From the NCBI GenBank assembly GCA_020632415.1, contig JACKFO010000002.1:23244-87243 (forward strand): 64,000 nucleotides of DNA, written 5' to 3'. Source of the stretch: Candidatus Nomurabacteria bacterium (GTDB lineage: Bacteria > Patescibacteriota > Patescibacteriia > UBA1558 > GWA2-36-10). The translations under genes and the position numbers were made by a program. Shown in pieces: positions 1-9,880 of the stretch; the first letter of the stretch is position 1, and every line of letters starts with the position of its first letter. The notes below the pieces were generated by a model that was not told the origin of the DNA, ran no database searches, and was given only the letters and a program-made list of their open reading frames with translations.

Positions 1-148
1 AAGTTTAAAAAATTTTGCAGACGTTGGATGAAGATACTGCGGCTACTTGGGCCGAGCATATAATTTTTTCGAGGAATATTATTCAAACCTTCCAACCAAG
101 CGATGTCTTGGTGATAAGTCTCTAAGATTGTTTTCATAGCTTAAGATT

Positions 149-778
149 TTATTTTTTTAGCCAGCGGACTCCTAGATAAACAAAGGGTGTATCGATGACA
201 GCCAGGATTAATTTTAGAGCATAATAAGGTAAAATCAAGTGCCACATAAAGGCAAAGTCAAATTTTGGTGCAATTTGGTAGAACGCTAAGAAGATAAAAA
301 TGCTTGTGTCGATAAACTGACTAACTGCAGTGGATAGATTATTACGCAGCCATAAAAATCGTCCCTTGGTTTTTTCCTTCCAAAAATTAAAAGACCAGAC
401 ATCATGCATTTGGCTAATCAAAAAAGCAACGATGGAAGCCAAAAAGAAACGTGCAGAGTTTTGAAAGATTGTTACAAAAGCTTCGTTATTTGTATATCGT
501 TCAGCAGGATTAAGCCAAACTGTCCATTGAATGAAAAGAAAGCTTAAAAATAAAATAATTGCCGTAGTCCAGATTAAGCTGTTGACTATTTTTTTGCCTT
601 TTACCTCTTCTAAAATATCAGTGATCAAGAAAGTGATTGGCATTAGCCAGATGGTGACGGAAATAGTCAGTGAACCTAAATTATAAACTTTGGCGCCGAC
701 AATATTAGCGAGCATCAAGGAGCTGATAAATAAAGCTTGTAAAAATAAAATTTTATTATCTTGAGTTATTTTAATCAT
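149..778 (-). CDS. yhhQ: YhhQ-family (DUF165/VUT) queuosine-precursor transporter, polytopic membrane protein
   Basis: Blocks co-linear with E. coli YhhQ (e.g. ...QMHDVWSFNFW...NNLSTAVSQFIDTSIFIFLAF...). ATG at 776-778; 4-nt overlap with dprA stop. Confidence 0.75.
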   Translation of the reverse strand: MIKITQDNKILFLQALFISSLMLANIVGAKVYNLGSLTISVTIWLMPITFLITDILEEVKGKKIVNSLIWTTAIILFLSFLFIQWTVWLNPAERYTNNEAFVTIFQNSARFFLASIVAFLISQMHDVWSFNFWKEKTKGRFLWLRNNLSTAVSQFIDTSIFIFLAFYQIAPKFDFAFMWHLILPYYALKLILAVIDTPFVYLGVRWLKK

Positions 779-1845
779 TTGATTTCAAATTCGTTAAATT
801 GATTAAGACTAATTAAGTTCATGATTTCCAGCTGACTCAAAGCTTTATTTAAATCAGAAGTTTTGATGGCTAATTTATTTTGTAATAAATCAAAACTTAA
901 GCTTTCGCTGGCTAGTGTTCCATAAACTTTTTTCTGCTCATTATTTAAATCGAGCATTTTTTTGTCAGTCTTTTTGATCAAATCATATGTTTGTAAAATG
1001 TCACTACTATTTAATAAAATATTTGCTCCTTGATAGATTAGTTGATTTGGTCCTTCGCAGAGTTTGAGATTGATATTGCCTGGTAAGGCAAAAACTTCTC
1101 TTCCATTTTCCAAGGCGCATTGAGCGGTAATTAAAGTGCCAGATTTTTCTGCGCCAGAGACAACGATGCTCGCTGGGCTTAAGCCGGCTAAAATCCGATT
1201 ACGCTTAGGAAATTGATAAAGCGCTGGTTTAGTCAAAGGCGGATATTCAGATAAAATTAAGCCGTCATTTTTTAAAATATCTTGAGCCAGTTTTAGATTT
1301 TGGCGGGGATACAAGACTTTTTGATCAAAGCCTGAGCCCAGGACGGCAATTGTTTTTAGATTGTTTTTCAAAGCGGCCAGATGCGCTGCTGAGTCGATTC
1401 CTAGGGCTAATCCGCTGACAATCACCAGTGGAGTTTGCGCTAAATCAGTAAGTAAAGAATTTAAAGTATTTAAATGGTAAGAAGTCAAAGTTCGCGAACC
1501 AACGATGCTTAATAAATATTTACTCTCTAACAATTTTAAATTACCTTGGTAAAATAAAAAGAGCGGTGGATCAAAAATTGTTTTTAACAACTCTGGGTAA
1601 GCAGGATCTAAAATGCTTAAGGAGTTTTTGTAAACTAGAAAATCTTGGCGGATTTTTGCAACAAAATTTGTATTTAGTTTACTAGCATTGACTAATTTAG
1701 CAATCGCTTTTGGCGGGGAAGCATAAAGTGTCTTGGGCAAAAATCCGTCTTTTAGATATTCCCAAATTAAGCTCTCCTTTAAACCATGGATTGATTTTAA
1801 ATAAAATAAATAATACTCTTCATTTTTTAAATCGCTTTTCATCAT
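775..1845 (-). CDS. dprA: DNA processing protein DprA (Smf)
   Basis: Rossmann-like DprA core (SGLALGIDSAAH...LGSGFD...RNRILAGLS...VVSGAEKSGTLITA); 356 aa. Confidence 0.85.
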   Translation of the reverse strand: MMKSDLKNEEYYLFYLKSIHGLKESLIWEYLKDGFLPKTLYASPPKAIAKLVNASKLNTNFVAKIRQDFLVYKNSLSILDPAYPELLKTIFDPPLFLFYQGNLKLLESKYLLSIVGSRTLTSYHLNTLNSLLTDLAQTPLVIVSGLALGIDSAAHLAALKNNLKTIAVLGSGFDQKVLYPRQNLKLAQDILKNDGLILSEYPPLTKPALYQFPKRNRILAGLSPASIVVSGAEKSGTLITAQCALENGREVFALPGNINLKLCEGPNQLIYQGANILLNSSDILQTYDLIKKTDKKMLDLNNEQKKVYGTLASESLSFDLLQNKLAIKTSDLNKALSQLEIMNLISLNQFNEFEIK

Positions 1846-1956
1846 ATTATGAGTTAATTTTTTTCTTCGCAGTTATAATAATATATAAGAGTGCTTTTGT
1901 AAAATTTAGATACTTGGCAAATTTCTTTTCTTCATATATAATCAATTTACTTAAAA

Positions 1957-2526
1957 GTGATTAATTTTTTATATTTTATGCCAGTCAAAAAAATAACTCC
2001 TAACTCTAGCAAGGCTCAAGCTGTGAAATCTAGAGCTGTAAAAACTAGCTCCAAAGAAGAAGATTTAATGGATTTTGATCAATTTGTTGCTCGCACTCCA
2101 CAAAAAAAATCTTCCAAGTCCTGGTTGTTTGTTACCTTGATTATTGTGATCTTAGCCTTAATCGGCGCTTTGTTGTTTTTATCTAAAGGCGGTTTTGACA
2201 AAGAGATGAAATACAAGGCAGTCTTTTTAGATAACAACCAAGTCTATTTTGCTCATGTTGCCAAAGAAGATAGTTTGAATATTTATCTAGCAGATGTTTA
2301 TTATATTCAAACCCAACAGCAAGTTGTGCCAGCTGAAGATGAAGATAGTGAAGATCAGGTTGTAGAAGTGCCAGTTTTGATCAAGCGTGGTGGTGAATTG
2401 CATCAGCCAAGTGGTTGGATGCAAATTAATCGTAGCAAGATAGTCTCTATTGAAGAAATTGGTGATGATTCAGAAGTTTTAAAAGAAATCCAAAGACAAG
2501 AAAGCTTACCAGCTACTACTAAATAG
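1957..2526 (+). CDS. hypothetical membrane-anchored protein
   Basis: Single TM helix (LFVTLIIVILALIGALLFL) after a basic N-terminus; no recognised domain; followed by a GC-rich terminator. Confidence 0.5.
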   Translation: MINFLYFMPVKKITPNSSKAQAVKSRAVKTSSKEEDLMDFDQFVARTPQKKSSKSWLFVTLIIVILALIGALLFLSKGGFDKEMKYKAVFLDNNQVYFAHVAKEDSLNIYLADVYYIQTQQQVVPAEDEDSEDQVVEVPVLIKRGGELHQPSGWMQINRSKIVSIEEIGDDSEVLKEIQRQESLPATTK

Positions 2527-2542
2527 TTAAAAGAAATTGATT

Positions 2543-2577
2543 CCGCTCGGCGGCTTAGGCCTCGGGCGGTTTTTTAT
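2543..2577 (+). terminator. rho-independent terminator
   Basis: GC-rich hairpin cgctcggcgg...cctcgggcg followed by a T6 run. Confidence 0.6.
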
Positions 2578-2614
2578 TTGTTTTTATTATAAACTATATA
2601 CTATCAAGAAATAC

Positions 2615-2643
2615 TTTACACTTTTTACTTTATGGTTTATAAT
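2615..2643 (+). promoter_or_regulatory. sigma70-like promoter (TTTACA-N17-TATAAT)
   Basis: -35 TTTACA 2615-2620, 17-nt spacer, perfect -10 TATAAT 2638-2643; ~30 nt upstream of the MerR-like gene, which has an AAGAGGA SD. Confidence 0.45.
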
Positions 2644-2674
2644 TAACTACGGTTTCTGAAAAAAGAGGATTTTA

Positions 2675-2929
2675 ATGCGCAAAATAAAAACTGGCAAACT
2701 CACTCCTAATAAAAAATTAGTCAAAATCGGACAATTAGCAGAAATGTTCGATGTTTTGCCATCGACGATCAATTTTTATACTCGCGAAGGTTTATTACCA
2801 GAGGCTGGGCGCTCACGTGGCGGCTATCGTCTTTATGATCCAGAAAAAGCTTTGGCAGCTTTAAATAAAATTGAAAGTTTGCAATTTAAAAAACGTCTGA
2901 GTATTTCAGAGATCAAAAAATTGCTTTAA
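2675..2929 (+). CDS. small MerR-superfamily HTH DNA-binding protein (HTH only, 84 aa)
   Basis: MerR-type HTH (IGQLAEMFDVLPSTINFYTREGLLP...GGYRLYD); SD AAGAGGA; a 13-bp-stem hairpin follows at 2933-2968. Confidence 0.6.
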   Translation: MRKIKTGKLTPNKKLVKIGQLAEMFDVLPSTINFYTREGLLPEAGRSRGGYRLYDPEKALAALNKIESLQFKKRLSISEIKKLL

Positions 2930-3200
2930 TCTCCTTCGAGCCTCATTTCATGCTTTGAGGCTTGAGGGATTTTAAATATATAAGAGATAAAAAATAAAAA
3001 TAATAATTATGAAAAGAAAATTGGATAAAGTTTTCAGTAAGGCTAAGTGTAAACATCGGGTTTACCAGCCTAGACCATGCAAGAAGTCCAAGAAATCTTG
3101 GTGGCAGAGCCTTTATTCTTTATTTTTCTAAAATATTGTCAAACATAGGCTTTTAGGCTAGAATAAATCTTACCTTAAGGGTAAGTAAATACACTATTAT

Positions 3201-6104
3201 ATGGCAAATTTCAAAGATCAAGAAAAAGAAATATTGGATTTTTGGGAAAGTGATCAAACTTTTCAGAAATCTTTAGATAAGACAGCGCCTCTTGGTGACT
3301 ATCTTTTTTATGATGGGCCACCATTTGCTACTGGCACGCCGCATTATGGACACTTGGTAGCTAGTATTATGAAAGATGTTGTGCCTCGTTTTTGGACGAT
3401 GCGTGGTTATCACGTTGAGCGTAAATGGGGTTGGGATTGTCATGGTTTGCCAGTCGAAAATATTGTTGAAAAAGAATTAGGCTCAAAATCTAAGCAAGCA
3501 ATTGAAGAAATGGGCGTCGCTAAATTCAACGAACTTTGTCGTTCTAAAGTCTTGAGTTATGTTACTGAATGGGAAAAGACGGTTAATCGGATGGGACGTT
3601 GGGTTGATATGAAAAATGCTTACCGCACGATGGACATTGAATTCATGGAATCTGTTTGGTGGGTTTTTAAAGAGCTTTGGGATAAAGATTTGATTTATCA
3701 AGATTATCGTTCGATGCATATTTGTCCTCGTTGCGAAACAACTCTTTCTCAACAAGAAGTTTCGGAAGGCTATAAAGACATCAAAGATTTATCGGTTACA
3801 GCGGAGTTTGAATTAATCAATGAGCCCGGTACTTTTGTTTTGGCTTGGACGACCACTCCTTGGACTTTGATTGCTAACGTTGCTTTAGCTGTTGGTGAAA
3901 ATATTGATTATCTAAAAGTAGATACGGGCAAAGATAAATTAATCATTGCCAAAGAGTTAGTTGAAAAATTTTCTAATGATTTAGGTGATTATAAAGTTCT
4001 TGAAGAATTTAAAGGTAAAAATTTAATTGGTCAGAAATACAAACCACTTTTTGGTTATTATGCAAGTGACGAAAATTTAGAAAATAGAGAAAATGGCTGG
4101 CAGATTGTGTCCGCAGATTTTGTGACAACTGAAGAAGGAACTGGCGTTGTCCATATTGCTCCAGCTTTTGGTGAAGATGATATGAGCTTGGGCAAAGAAA
4201 AGAAGCTTCCTTTTGTCCAGCATATCGGAATGGACGGCGTTATTAAAGAAGAAGTTGCAGATTTTAAAGGTTTACATGTCAAGCCAATAGATGATGTGCA
4301 AGCTACTGATGTGGCGATTATCAAATATTTAGCAGGCAAAGAATTATTATTTGCTAAAGAAAAATATGAACATAGCTATCCGCATTGCTGGCGTTGTGAT
4401 ACTCCATTATTGAATTATGCTACTTCGTCTTGGTTTGTAGCCGTGACTAAAGTAAAAACCAAAGCACAAGAAACGGCTAAGAAGATAAATTGGACTCCAG
4501 ATCACATCAAAGAAGGTCGTTTTGGAAAGTGGCTAGAAGGAGCTCGTGATTGGTCTATTTCTCGTCAAAGATTTTGGGCTTCAGTGATGCCAATTTGGCA
4601 ATGTCAAAAGTGTGAGGAAAAAGTAGTATTTGGTTCAGTGGCTGATTTGGAAAAAGCTAGCGGCCAAAAAGTGACTGATTTGCACAAGCATATTGTTGAT
4701 GAAATCACTTTTGCTTGTAAGTGCGGAGCTACGATGAAACGTGTGCCCGATGTTTTGGATACTTGGTTTGATTCTGGCTCGATGCCATATGCGCAGATGC
4801 ATTATCCATTTGAAAATGAAGAAAAATTTAAGAATGTTTTTCCAGCCAAGTTTATTGCCGAAGGAATTGATCAAACTAGAGCTTGGTTTTATTATCTCCA
4901 CATTTTAGCTACTGCTTTGAAGGGCTCTCAAGCTTTTGATAACGTGATTGTCAATGGCATTGTTTTGGCTGAAGATGGCAAGAAGATGTCCAAGAAATTA
5001 CAGAATTATCCAGATCCAAATGAAATAATGGAACAATACGGCGCTGATGCTTTGCGTTTGTATTTATTATCTTCACCCGTAATGTTGTCTGAGAATTTAT
5101 CTTTTGTCGAAAAAGATCTGCAAACAACTTATCGTCGTTTTATTGGCTTGTTGCAAAATGTCTTTAGTTTTTATCAGATGTTTAAAGGTGAGGCCAAAAT
5201 AGATGGAGATAAATTACCACAATTAGATAATGATTTAGATAAATGGATTGTTGCTAAATTTGTTACTTTACAAAAAGAAGTTACGGAAGCAATGGAGGAA
5301 TATAATTTAGTCAAAGCCACTCGTCCTTTGTTTGATTTTGTTGATGAGCTATCTACTTGGTATTTGCGACGTAGTCGCGATCGTTTCAAAGGCGACGATC
5401 AAAAAGATAAGGAGCAAGCTATTCAGACTTTGGCTTTTGTCTTAAAACAATTTGCCCGCACTATTGCACCGTTTACTCCAATGACCGCTGAGATTATCTG
5501 GCAAGAGTTTTCGCCAGAAACTTCTGTGCACTTGGAAAGCTGGGGAGAATATGATGAAAAATTAGTGGATCTTGATATTTCAAAGAAAATGGACGCTGTC
5601 CGTCAGATTGCAGAGGCGGTTCATGCGCTTCGTGCTGGAGCTGGCATGAAAGTGCGTCAGCCATTAGCTAGTTTAGTGGCTGATGAGAAATCTGGTTTAA
5701 CTGGACAAGAAAATTATCTAGAGCTTTTAGCTGATGAATTAAATGTAGAGCAAGTTAAGATTGGCGAAGTAAAAGAAGAGGCTGGTTGGTTAGTTGCTGA
5801 AGTAAATGATTTTAAAGTAGCCTTAGATACAAACTTAACTGACGATTTAAAAGAAAGAGGAGTAATGCGTGAATTAATTCGTTTTATTAATGCTTTAAGA
5901 AAAGACTCTGGTTTACAACCAAGTGATAGCCCAGTAGAAACCTATCAAACTGATTCTCCAGTTTTATTAGCTGTGATTGAAAAGTACAAAGAAGAAATCA
6001 TCAAAGCAACTTCCGCTGGTGATTTAGAAAAAGTAGATTCAAGTCCTGAAAAACAAGTTGTTCAAAAAATAAACAGTGAAGAAATTATTTTAGGTATCAA
6101 ATAA
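3201..6104 (+). CDS. ileS: isoleucyl-tRNA synthetase
   Basis: Class I HIGH (PHYGHL) and KMSKK (KMSKKLQN) motifs, editing domain, CxxC zinc knuckles; 967 aa. Confidence 0.95.
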   Translation: MANFKDQEKEILDFWESDQTFQKSLDKTAPLGDYLFYDGPPFATGTPHYGHLVASIMKDVVPRFWTMRGYHVERKWGWDCHGLPVENIVEKELGSKSKQAIEEMGVAKFNELCRSKVLSYVTEWEKTVNRMGRWVDMKNAYRTMDIEFMESVWWVFKELWDKDLIYQDYRSMHICPRCETTLSQQEVSEGYKDIKDLSVTAEFELINEPGTFVLAWTTTPWTLIANVALAVGENIDYLKVDTGKDKLIIAKELVEKFSNDLGDYKVLEEFKGKNLIGQKYKPLFGYYASDENLENRENGWQIVSADFVTTEEGTGVVHIAPAFGEDDMSLGKEKKLPFVQHIGMDGVIKEEVADFKGLHVKPIDDVQATDVAIIKYLAGKELLFAKEKYEHSYPHCWRCDTPLLNYATSSWFVAVTKVKTKAQETAKKINWTPDHIKEGRFGKWLEGARDWSISRQRFWASVMPIWQCQKCEEKVVFGSVADLEKASGQKVTDLHKHIVDEITFACKCGATMKRVPDVLDTWFDSGSMPYAQMHYPFENEEKFKNVFPAKFIAEGIDQTRAWFYYLHILATALKGSQAFDNVIVNGIVLAEDGKKMSKKLQNYPDPNEIMEQYGADALRLYLLSSPVMLSENLSFVEKDLQTTYRRFIGLLQNVFSFYQMFKGEAKIDGDKLPQLDNDLDKWIVAKFVTLQKEVTEAMEEYNLVKATRPLFDFVDELSTWYLRRSRDRFKGDDQKDKEQAIQTLAFVLKQFARTIAPFTPMTAEIIWQEFSPETSVHLESWGEYDEKLVDLDISKKMDAVRQIAEAVHALRAGAGMKVRQPLASLVADEKSGLTGQENYLELLADELNVEQVKIGEVKEEAGWLVAEVNDFKVALDTNLTDDLKERGVMRELIRFINALRKDSGLQPSDSPVETYQTDSPVLLAVIEKYKEEIIKATSAGDLEKVDSSPEKQVVQKINSEEIILGIK

Positions 6105-6833
6105 ATGATTTTTAAAACAGAAGCTTTTGTTTTGCGCGCCATTCCTTGGCGAGAAGCTGATCGTCTTTATTATTTTTTTACTCCACACGAAGGAGTAATT
6201 ACCGGAGTAGTCAGGGCAGCTGCTAAATCTAGCAGTAAGTTAGCTGGACAGCTTTTGCCTTTTGCTAAAGTACAAATTATGATTGGCCGAGGAAAACTAG
6301 ATCATGTTGCGGGCACTAGTACGATTAAGGATTACCAAAATTTAAGAACGGATTTAAAAAATTTGTCATTAGCCGCTTCAATCGTGGAGTTATTTTTGGG
6401 AGAATTATCCAGCGGCGCCAAACAACAAGAGTTTGATTTATTAGAGGAAGTTTTTACTTTATTAAATGAAGAAAATTTAAAATCAGAGGATAAATTGATT
6501 TTGGTCAGAACTTTTTTGTGGAAATTTTTATCCCTAAGTGGTTGGCAGCCACAGTTAGATGCTTGTTTTGTCTGTCAGAAAAGTATTTCGCAAGGAGCGT
6601 ATTTGCCAGGACGTGGTTTAGTTTGTCATCAGCACAATTTGGCTGGGGCTTTGTTAATTAGTCCAGATTTGCTACAATTTTTAAGAGAGATCTTAAAAAC
6701 ATCATTAAAAGATAGTTTGGATTTAAAATTAAATCCAGAATTAAATAAAGAATGGTTGCAGGCTTCTCAGGCTTATTATCAAGAAGTCTATGATCGACCA
6801 TCAAGAGCATTAAAATTATTTGTTTATGGCTAA
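6105..6833 (+). CDS. recO: DNA repair protein RecO
   Basis: N-terminal OB fold plus C-terminal Cys4 zinc finger (CFVCQ...CHQH); ATG immediately after the ileS stop. Confidence 0.8.
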   Translation: MIFKTEAFVLRAIPWREADRLYYFFTPHEGVITGVVRAAAKSSSKLAGQLLPFAKVQIMIGRGKLDHVAGTSTIKDYQNLRTDLKNLSLAASIVELFLGELSSGAKQQEFDLLEEVFTLLNEENLKSEDKLILVRTFLWKFLSLSGWQPQLDACFVCQKSISQGAYLPGRGLVCHQHNLAGALLISPDLLQFLREILKTSLKDSLDLKLNPELNKEWLQASQAYYQEVYDRPSRALKLFVYG

Positions 6834-8625
6834 TGTAAGAAAGCGCAGCATTGATTCAGTAAAACGTTCAAGTTTGCGAAAACAATCATATGAAGCGCCG
6901 GCAATCAAAAGAAAAACTTCAAGCAAAAGACCAGTGCCTCAAGAATATCGCACTTTCAAAAAAGCGCCCAAAGGCAGAGGCGGCTTGGTTTTTTTCTTGT
7001 TTTTGTTATTTATCGCCGCGATTTCTGGATTTTGGTATTGGAATAACAATGGCTCGACTAATATTACAGATAGTTTAAAACTAGAAATTACTGGACCAGA
7101 AAAAATTGTTTCTGGAGACGAAGTGACTTATCTGGTTGAATACACAAATTTGGATACTGTTGCTTTGACAGCTATGGAGCTTAGTGTTTATTGGCCAGCG
7201 GGATTTTATTTTGATGAGGCTTCTCTTGAGCCAGAAAATGCTAATGCCAAAACTTGGCTCCTTGATGATTTGCCTGCCGGACAAAAAGCTAGCTTGGAAA
7301 TCAAAGGGCAATTGGTTGGTAAAAAAGGTGAAGAACATGATGCAATTTTTAGCTTAGATTATCAGCCAGCAAATTTTCATTCAGATTTTGTAGCTAAGCA
7401 AACAGTAACTACTAAAATTACTGATCAAAAGATTGAGCTTGAAGTTCAAGGACTTGAAAAAACCCTGGTTGATACAGAGCAAGAGATAAAAATAGTTTAT
7501 CGTAATTTGAGTGAAGAAGTTTTGACTGATTTATATTTAGATGTTTTATATCCAGATGATTGGCAGATCGAAAGTGTTGAGCCAGCTAAAGAAGGTCAGT
7601 ACTGGGTCAGTAGCTTAGAGCCAGAAGAAGAAAAAGAAATCGTGCTCAAAGGATATTTTTCCATTGATAGTCGCGCAGATCAGTTGTTAGTGGCTGAAGT
7701 TGGAAATATGTTTGACAATGATTTTCGTCGCTTGATGCGAACTGAGCATCCGATTGTAGTTGTTAATCCACAATTTGATTTAAATTTGACAATCAATGGT
7801 CAAAAGGGTGATCAGCAAGCTAATTGGGGAGATGTTTTGCGTTATCAATTGGAAGTGACCAATGCCAGTGATAGCGATATTGCTGACGTTGAAGTAACTG
7901 CTTTGCTTGCTGGAAAACTTTTGAACTGGGATAGTTTGGATAGTGTCGGACAATATTTAGAAGAACGTATTGTTTGGACCAACGAAGAAGATCAAGGCTT
8001 AGCTTCTTGGTCAGCTGGTGAAAAGAAAATCTTTACTTGGGAAGTAAAGATAGTTTCTAGTCCTCAGCCAGAAAGAAATTTAGAAAATATTATTAAGATT
8101 AATATCGCCGGTCTTAATGACTGGGAGCAATTGGTGACAGTTTCCAAGTTGACAGTGGGCGAAAGTTTGACTTTTAACAATGGAATTTATTGGCATTTGG
8201 GCGGCAGACGTGTTGGTAGTGGTTTGTTGCCACCAAGAGTCGGTGAAGAAACTCAATATTTAGTTGTTTGGTCTTTACCACAATCAACTGGTAATTTTGC
8301 TGATGTAAAAGTAGAAACTGTTTTGCCACCAAATGTTGATTTTGTGGATCAGGCAGAAATTCAAGAAGGAACCTTGTCTTTTGATGAAAGTTCTAGATCA
8401 TTGACTTGGTCTTTGAATGATTTTCAAGACGTTTTGTTACCAGTGACTGCTTCTTTTATGATCTCAATCACTCCAGACAATGAAGACAAAGGACAGACTT
8501 TGACTTTATTAAATCCAGTGACAGTTAGCGCCAGTGGCACTGAAGATGTGGTAGTAAGAAGTAAAATTTTGAAAACTTCAGACGTTGTAGCAGAGAGTTC
8601 TGAGCCAATTGGTATTGTGCAATAA
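6826..8625 (+). CDS. membrane-anchored surface protein with ~110-aa tandem beta-sandwich (DUF11/CARDB-like) repeats
   Basis: Basic cytoplasmic tail, one TM helix, then repeated units (EITGPEKIVSGDEVTYLVEYTN... / ...NLTINGQKGDQQANWGDVLRYQLEVTN...). The track start at 6820 is a TTG; ATG at 6826 (MANVRK) is more likely. Confidence 0.6.
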   Translation: MANVRKRSIDSVKRSSLRKQSYEAPAIKRKTSSKRPVPQEYRTFKKAPKGRGGLVFFLFLLFIAAISGFWYWNNNGSTNITDSLKLEITGPEKIVSGDEVTYLVEYTNLDTVALTAMELSVYWPAGFYFDEASLEPENANAKTWLLDDLPAGQKASLEIKGQLVGKKGEEHDAIFSLDYQPANFHSDFVAKQTVTTKITDQKIELEVQGLEKTLVDTEQEIKIVYRNLSEEVLTDLYLDVLYPDDWQIESVEPAKEGQYWVSSLEPEEEKEIVLKGYFSIDSRADQLLVAEVGNMFDNDFRRLMRTEHPIVVVNPQFDLNLTINGQKGDQQANWGDVLRYQLEVTNASDSDIADVEVTALLAGKLLNWDSLDSVGQYLEERIVWTNEEDQGLASWSAGEKKIFTWEVKIVSSPQPERNLENIIKINIAGLNDWEQLVTVSKLTVGESLTFNNGIYWHLGGRRVGSGLLPPRVGEETQYLVVWSLPQSTGNFADVKVETVLPPNVDFVDQAEIQEGTLSFDESSRSLTWSLNDFQDVLLPVTASFMISITPDNEDKGQTLTLLNPVTVSASGTEDVVVRSKILKTSDVVAESSEPIGIVQ

Positions 8626-9746
8626 TGTTTAAACTAAATAAAACATCAAAAAAATCGCAAGCAAGATTAGGAGTGCTAACCACTGCTCGAGGCAAGGTTA
8701 GTACGCCTTTTTTTATGCCAATCGCTACTAAAGCAGCGATCAAAAGTTTGACTGTTCAGGATGTCCAAGATTTGGGAGCGGAAATAATTTTATCAAACAC
8801 TTATCACAATTATTTAAGGCCCGGTTTGGAAGTGATAAAAAAACACGGTGATCTTCATGATTTTATGGATTGCGATTTACCGATTTTGACTGACAGCGGC
8901 GGTTATCAGGTTTTTAGTTTATCAAAACTTAGAAAGATCAAAGGTGATGATATAGAATTTCAATCACATATTGACGGCAAGACTTATATTTTGAATCCAA
9001 AAAGAGTGATCGACATCCAAAAAGTTTTGGGTTCTGACATTATGATGGTGTTGGATGAATGCGTTGGTCTACCTACTACTCGCGCAGAGGCAGAGATGGC
9101 CCTAGAAAGAACTACCCGTTGGGCCAAGATTGCTTTTGATTATAAACATCGTTTAAATCAAAAATCAGCCAAAATCAAAAAACAATTGATGTTTGGAATT
9201 GTTCAAGGCGCTGATTTCAAAGATTTACGTTTGAGGTCTTTAGAAGAATTGTTGGCTTTGGAGAACAAAACTGCTCATTGGGATGGCTTGGCAGTTGGTG
9301 GCTTGGCAGTTGGTGAGCCGACAAAAGTGATGTACCAGGTGTTAGATGATCTGGTTTTTAAAATGCCAGAAAATCGTCCGCGTTATTTAATGGGCGTTGG
9401 TTATCCAGAAAATATTGTGGAAGCGGTCAAGCGAGGGGTTGATATGTTTGACTGCGTGATCCCAACTCGTGAAGCACGGCACGGCAAATTGTATTTATGG
9501 AAAGGAAAACCAGACCCTACCAAAAAAGATTTTTATCAGACTATTAATATTTCCAATGCAAAATTTGCTAGTGATAAAAAATCAATTAACAATAGCAATC
9601 TCAAAAATTATTCCTTAAGCTATTTACATCATTTATTTAAAACACAAGAGCCTTTGGCTTTGCGACTAGCAACTTTAAATAACCTTAACTTTTATTTAGA
9701 GCTGATGTCCGAGATTAGAAAAGCGATTAAAAGTGGTAAATTATAA
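8625..9746 (+). CDS. tgt: queuine/7-deazaguanine tRNA-ribosyltransferase (TGT fold) lacking the canonical zinc site
   Basis: Catalytic blocks LTDSGGYQVF, DEC, MGVGYPENIVEAVKRGVDMFDC present. The C-terminal CxCxxC...H zinc ligands are replaced (INNSNLKNYSLSYLHHL ... TLNNL). Confidence 0.85.
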   Translation: MFKLNKTSKKSQARLGVLTTARGKVSTPFFMPIATKAAIKSLTVQDVQDLGAEIILSNTYHNYLRPGLEVIKKHGDLHDFMDCDLPILTDSGGYQVFSLSKLRKIKGDDIEFQSHIDGKTYILNPKRVIDIQKVLGSDIMMVLDECVGLPTTRAEAEMALERTTRWAKIAFDYKHRLNQKSAKIKKQLMFGIVQGADFKDLRLRSLEELLALENKTAHWDGLAVGGLAVGEPTKVMYQVLDDLVFKMPENRPRYLMGVGYPENIVEAVKRGVDMFDCVIPTREARHGKLYLWKGKPDPTKKDFYQTINISNAKFASDKKSINNSNLKNYSLSYLHHLFKTQEPLALRLATLNNLNFYLELMSEIRKAIKSGKL

Positions 9747-9748
9747 AG

Positions 9749-9771
9749 CCAGCTAAATAGCTGGTTTTTTT
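9749..9771 (+). terminator. rho-independent terminator (tgt)
   Basis: ccagct-aaat-agctgg hairpin plus T7 run; a second GC hairpin with T-run follows at 9776-9799. Confidence 0.6.
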
Positions 9772-9835
9772 ATCCGCCTCGCCGGCGGGGCTGTTTTTTA
9801 CAAATTTATTTTGTACTGATCATTCAAAAAGTTAA

Positions 9836-9866
9836 AAGCGCTCCGTAGCTCCGGAGCGCTTTTGAG
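9836..9866. terminator. bidirectional hairpin terminator
   Basis: aaagcgctccg-tagc-tccggagcgcttt; A/T runs on both sides. Confidence 0.5.
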
Positions 9867-9880
9867 GGAGAAGCGCTTGG

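Noticed and set aside
3005-3124. 39-aa basic ORF (MKRKLDKVFSKAKCKHRVYQPRPCKKSKKSWWQSLYSLFF) in the 270-nt ileS upstream region, and a cttaccc-ttaa-gggtaag hairpin just before ileS
   Set aside because: No SD, host-like composition and no supporting features. The region is more likely a promoter/leader; a T-box was considered but no specifier or T-box consensus is visible.
3483-5389. Antisense/alternate-frame ORFs within ileS (3483-3755, 4058-4339, 4635-4901, 5174-5389) and similar short ORFs inside clpC-like, glyQS, atp genes, giant gene, helicase, gyrB, pepA, der, hisS, yqeY
   Set aside because: Each lies entirely inside a strongly supported conserved gene; no independent signals. They are typical shadow ORFs.
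6820-6825. Track start codons at 6820, 10104, 46650 (and the 14795 and 39386 extensions)
   Set aside because: These are TTG or upstream in-frame starts. Downstream ATGs (6826, 10134, 46668, 14828, 39413) give N-termini that fit the protein families or signal peptides better.
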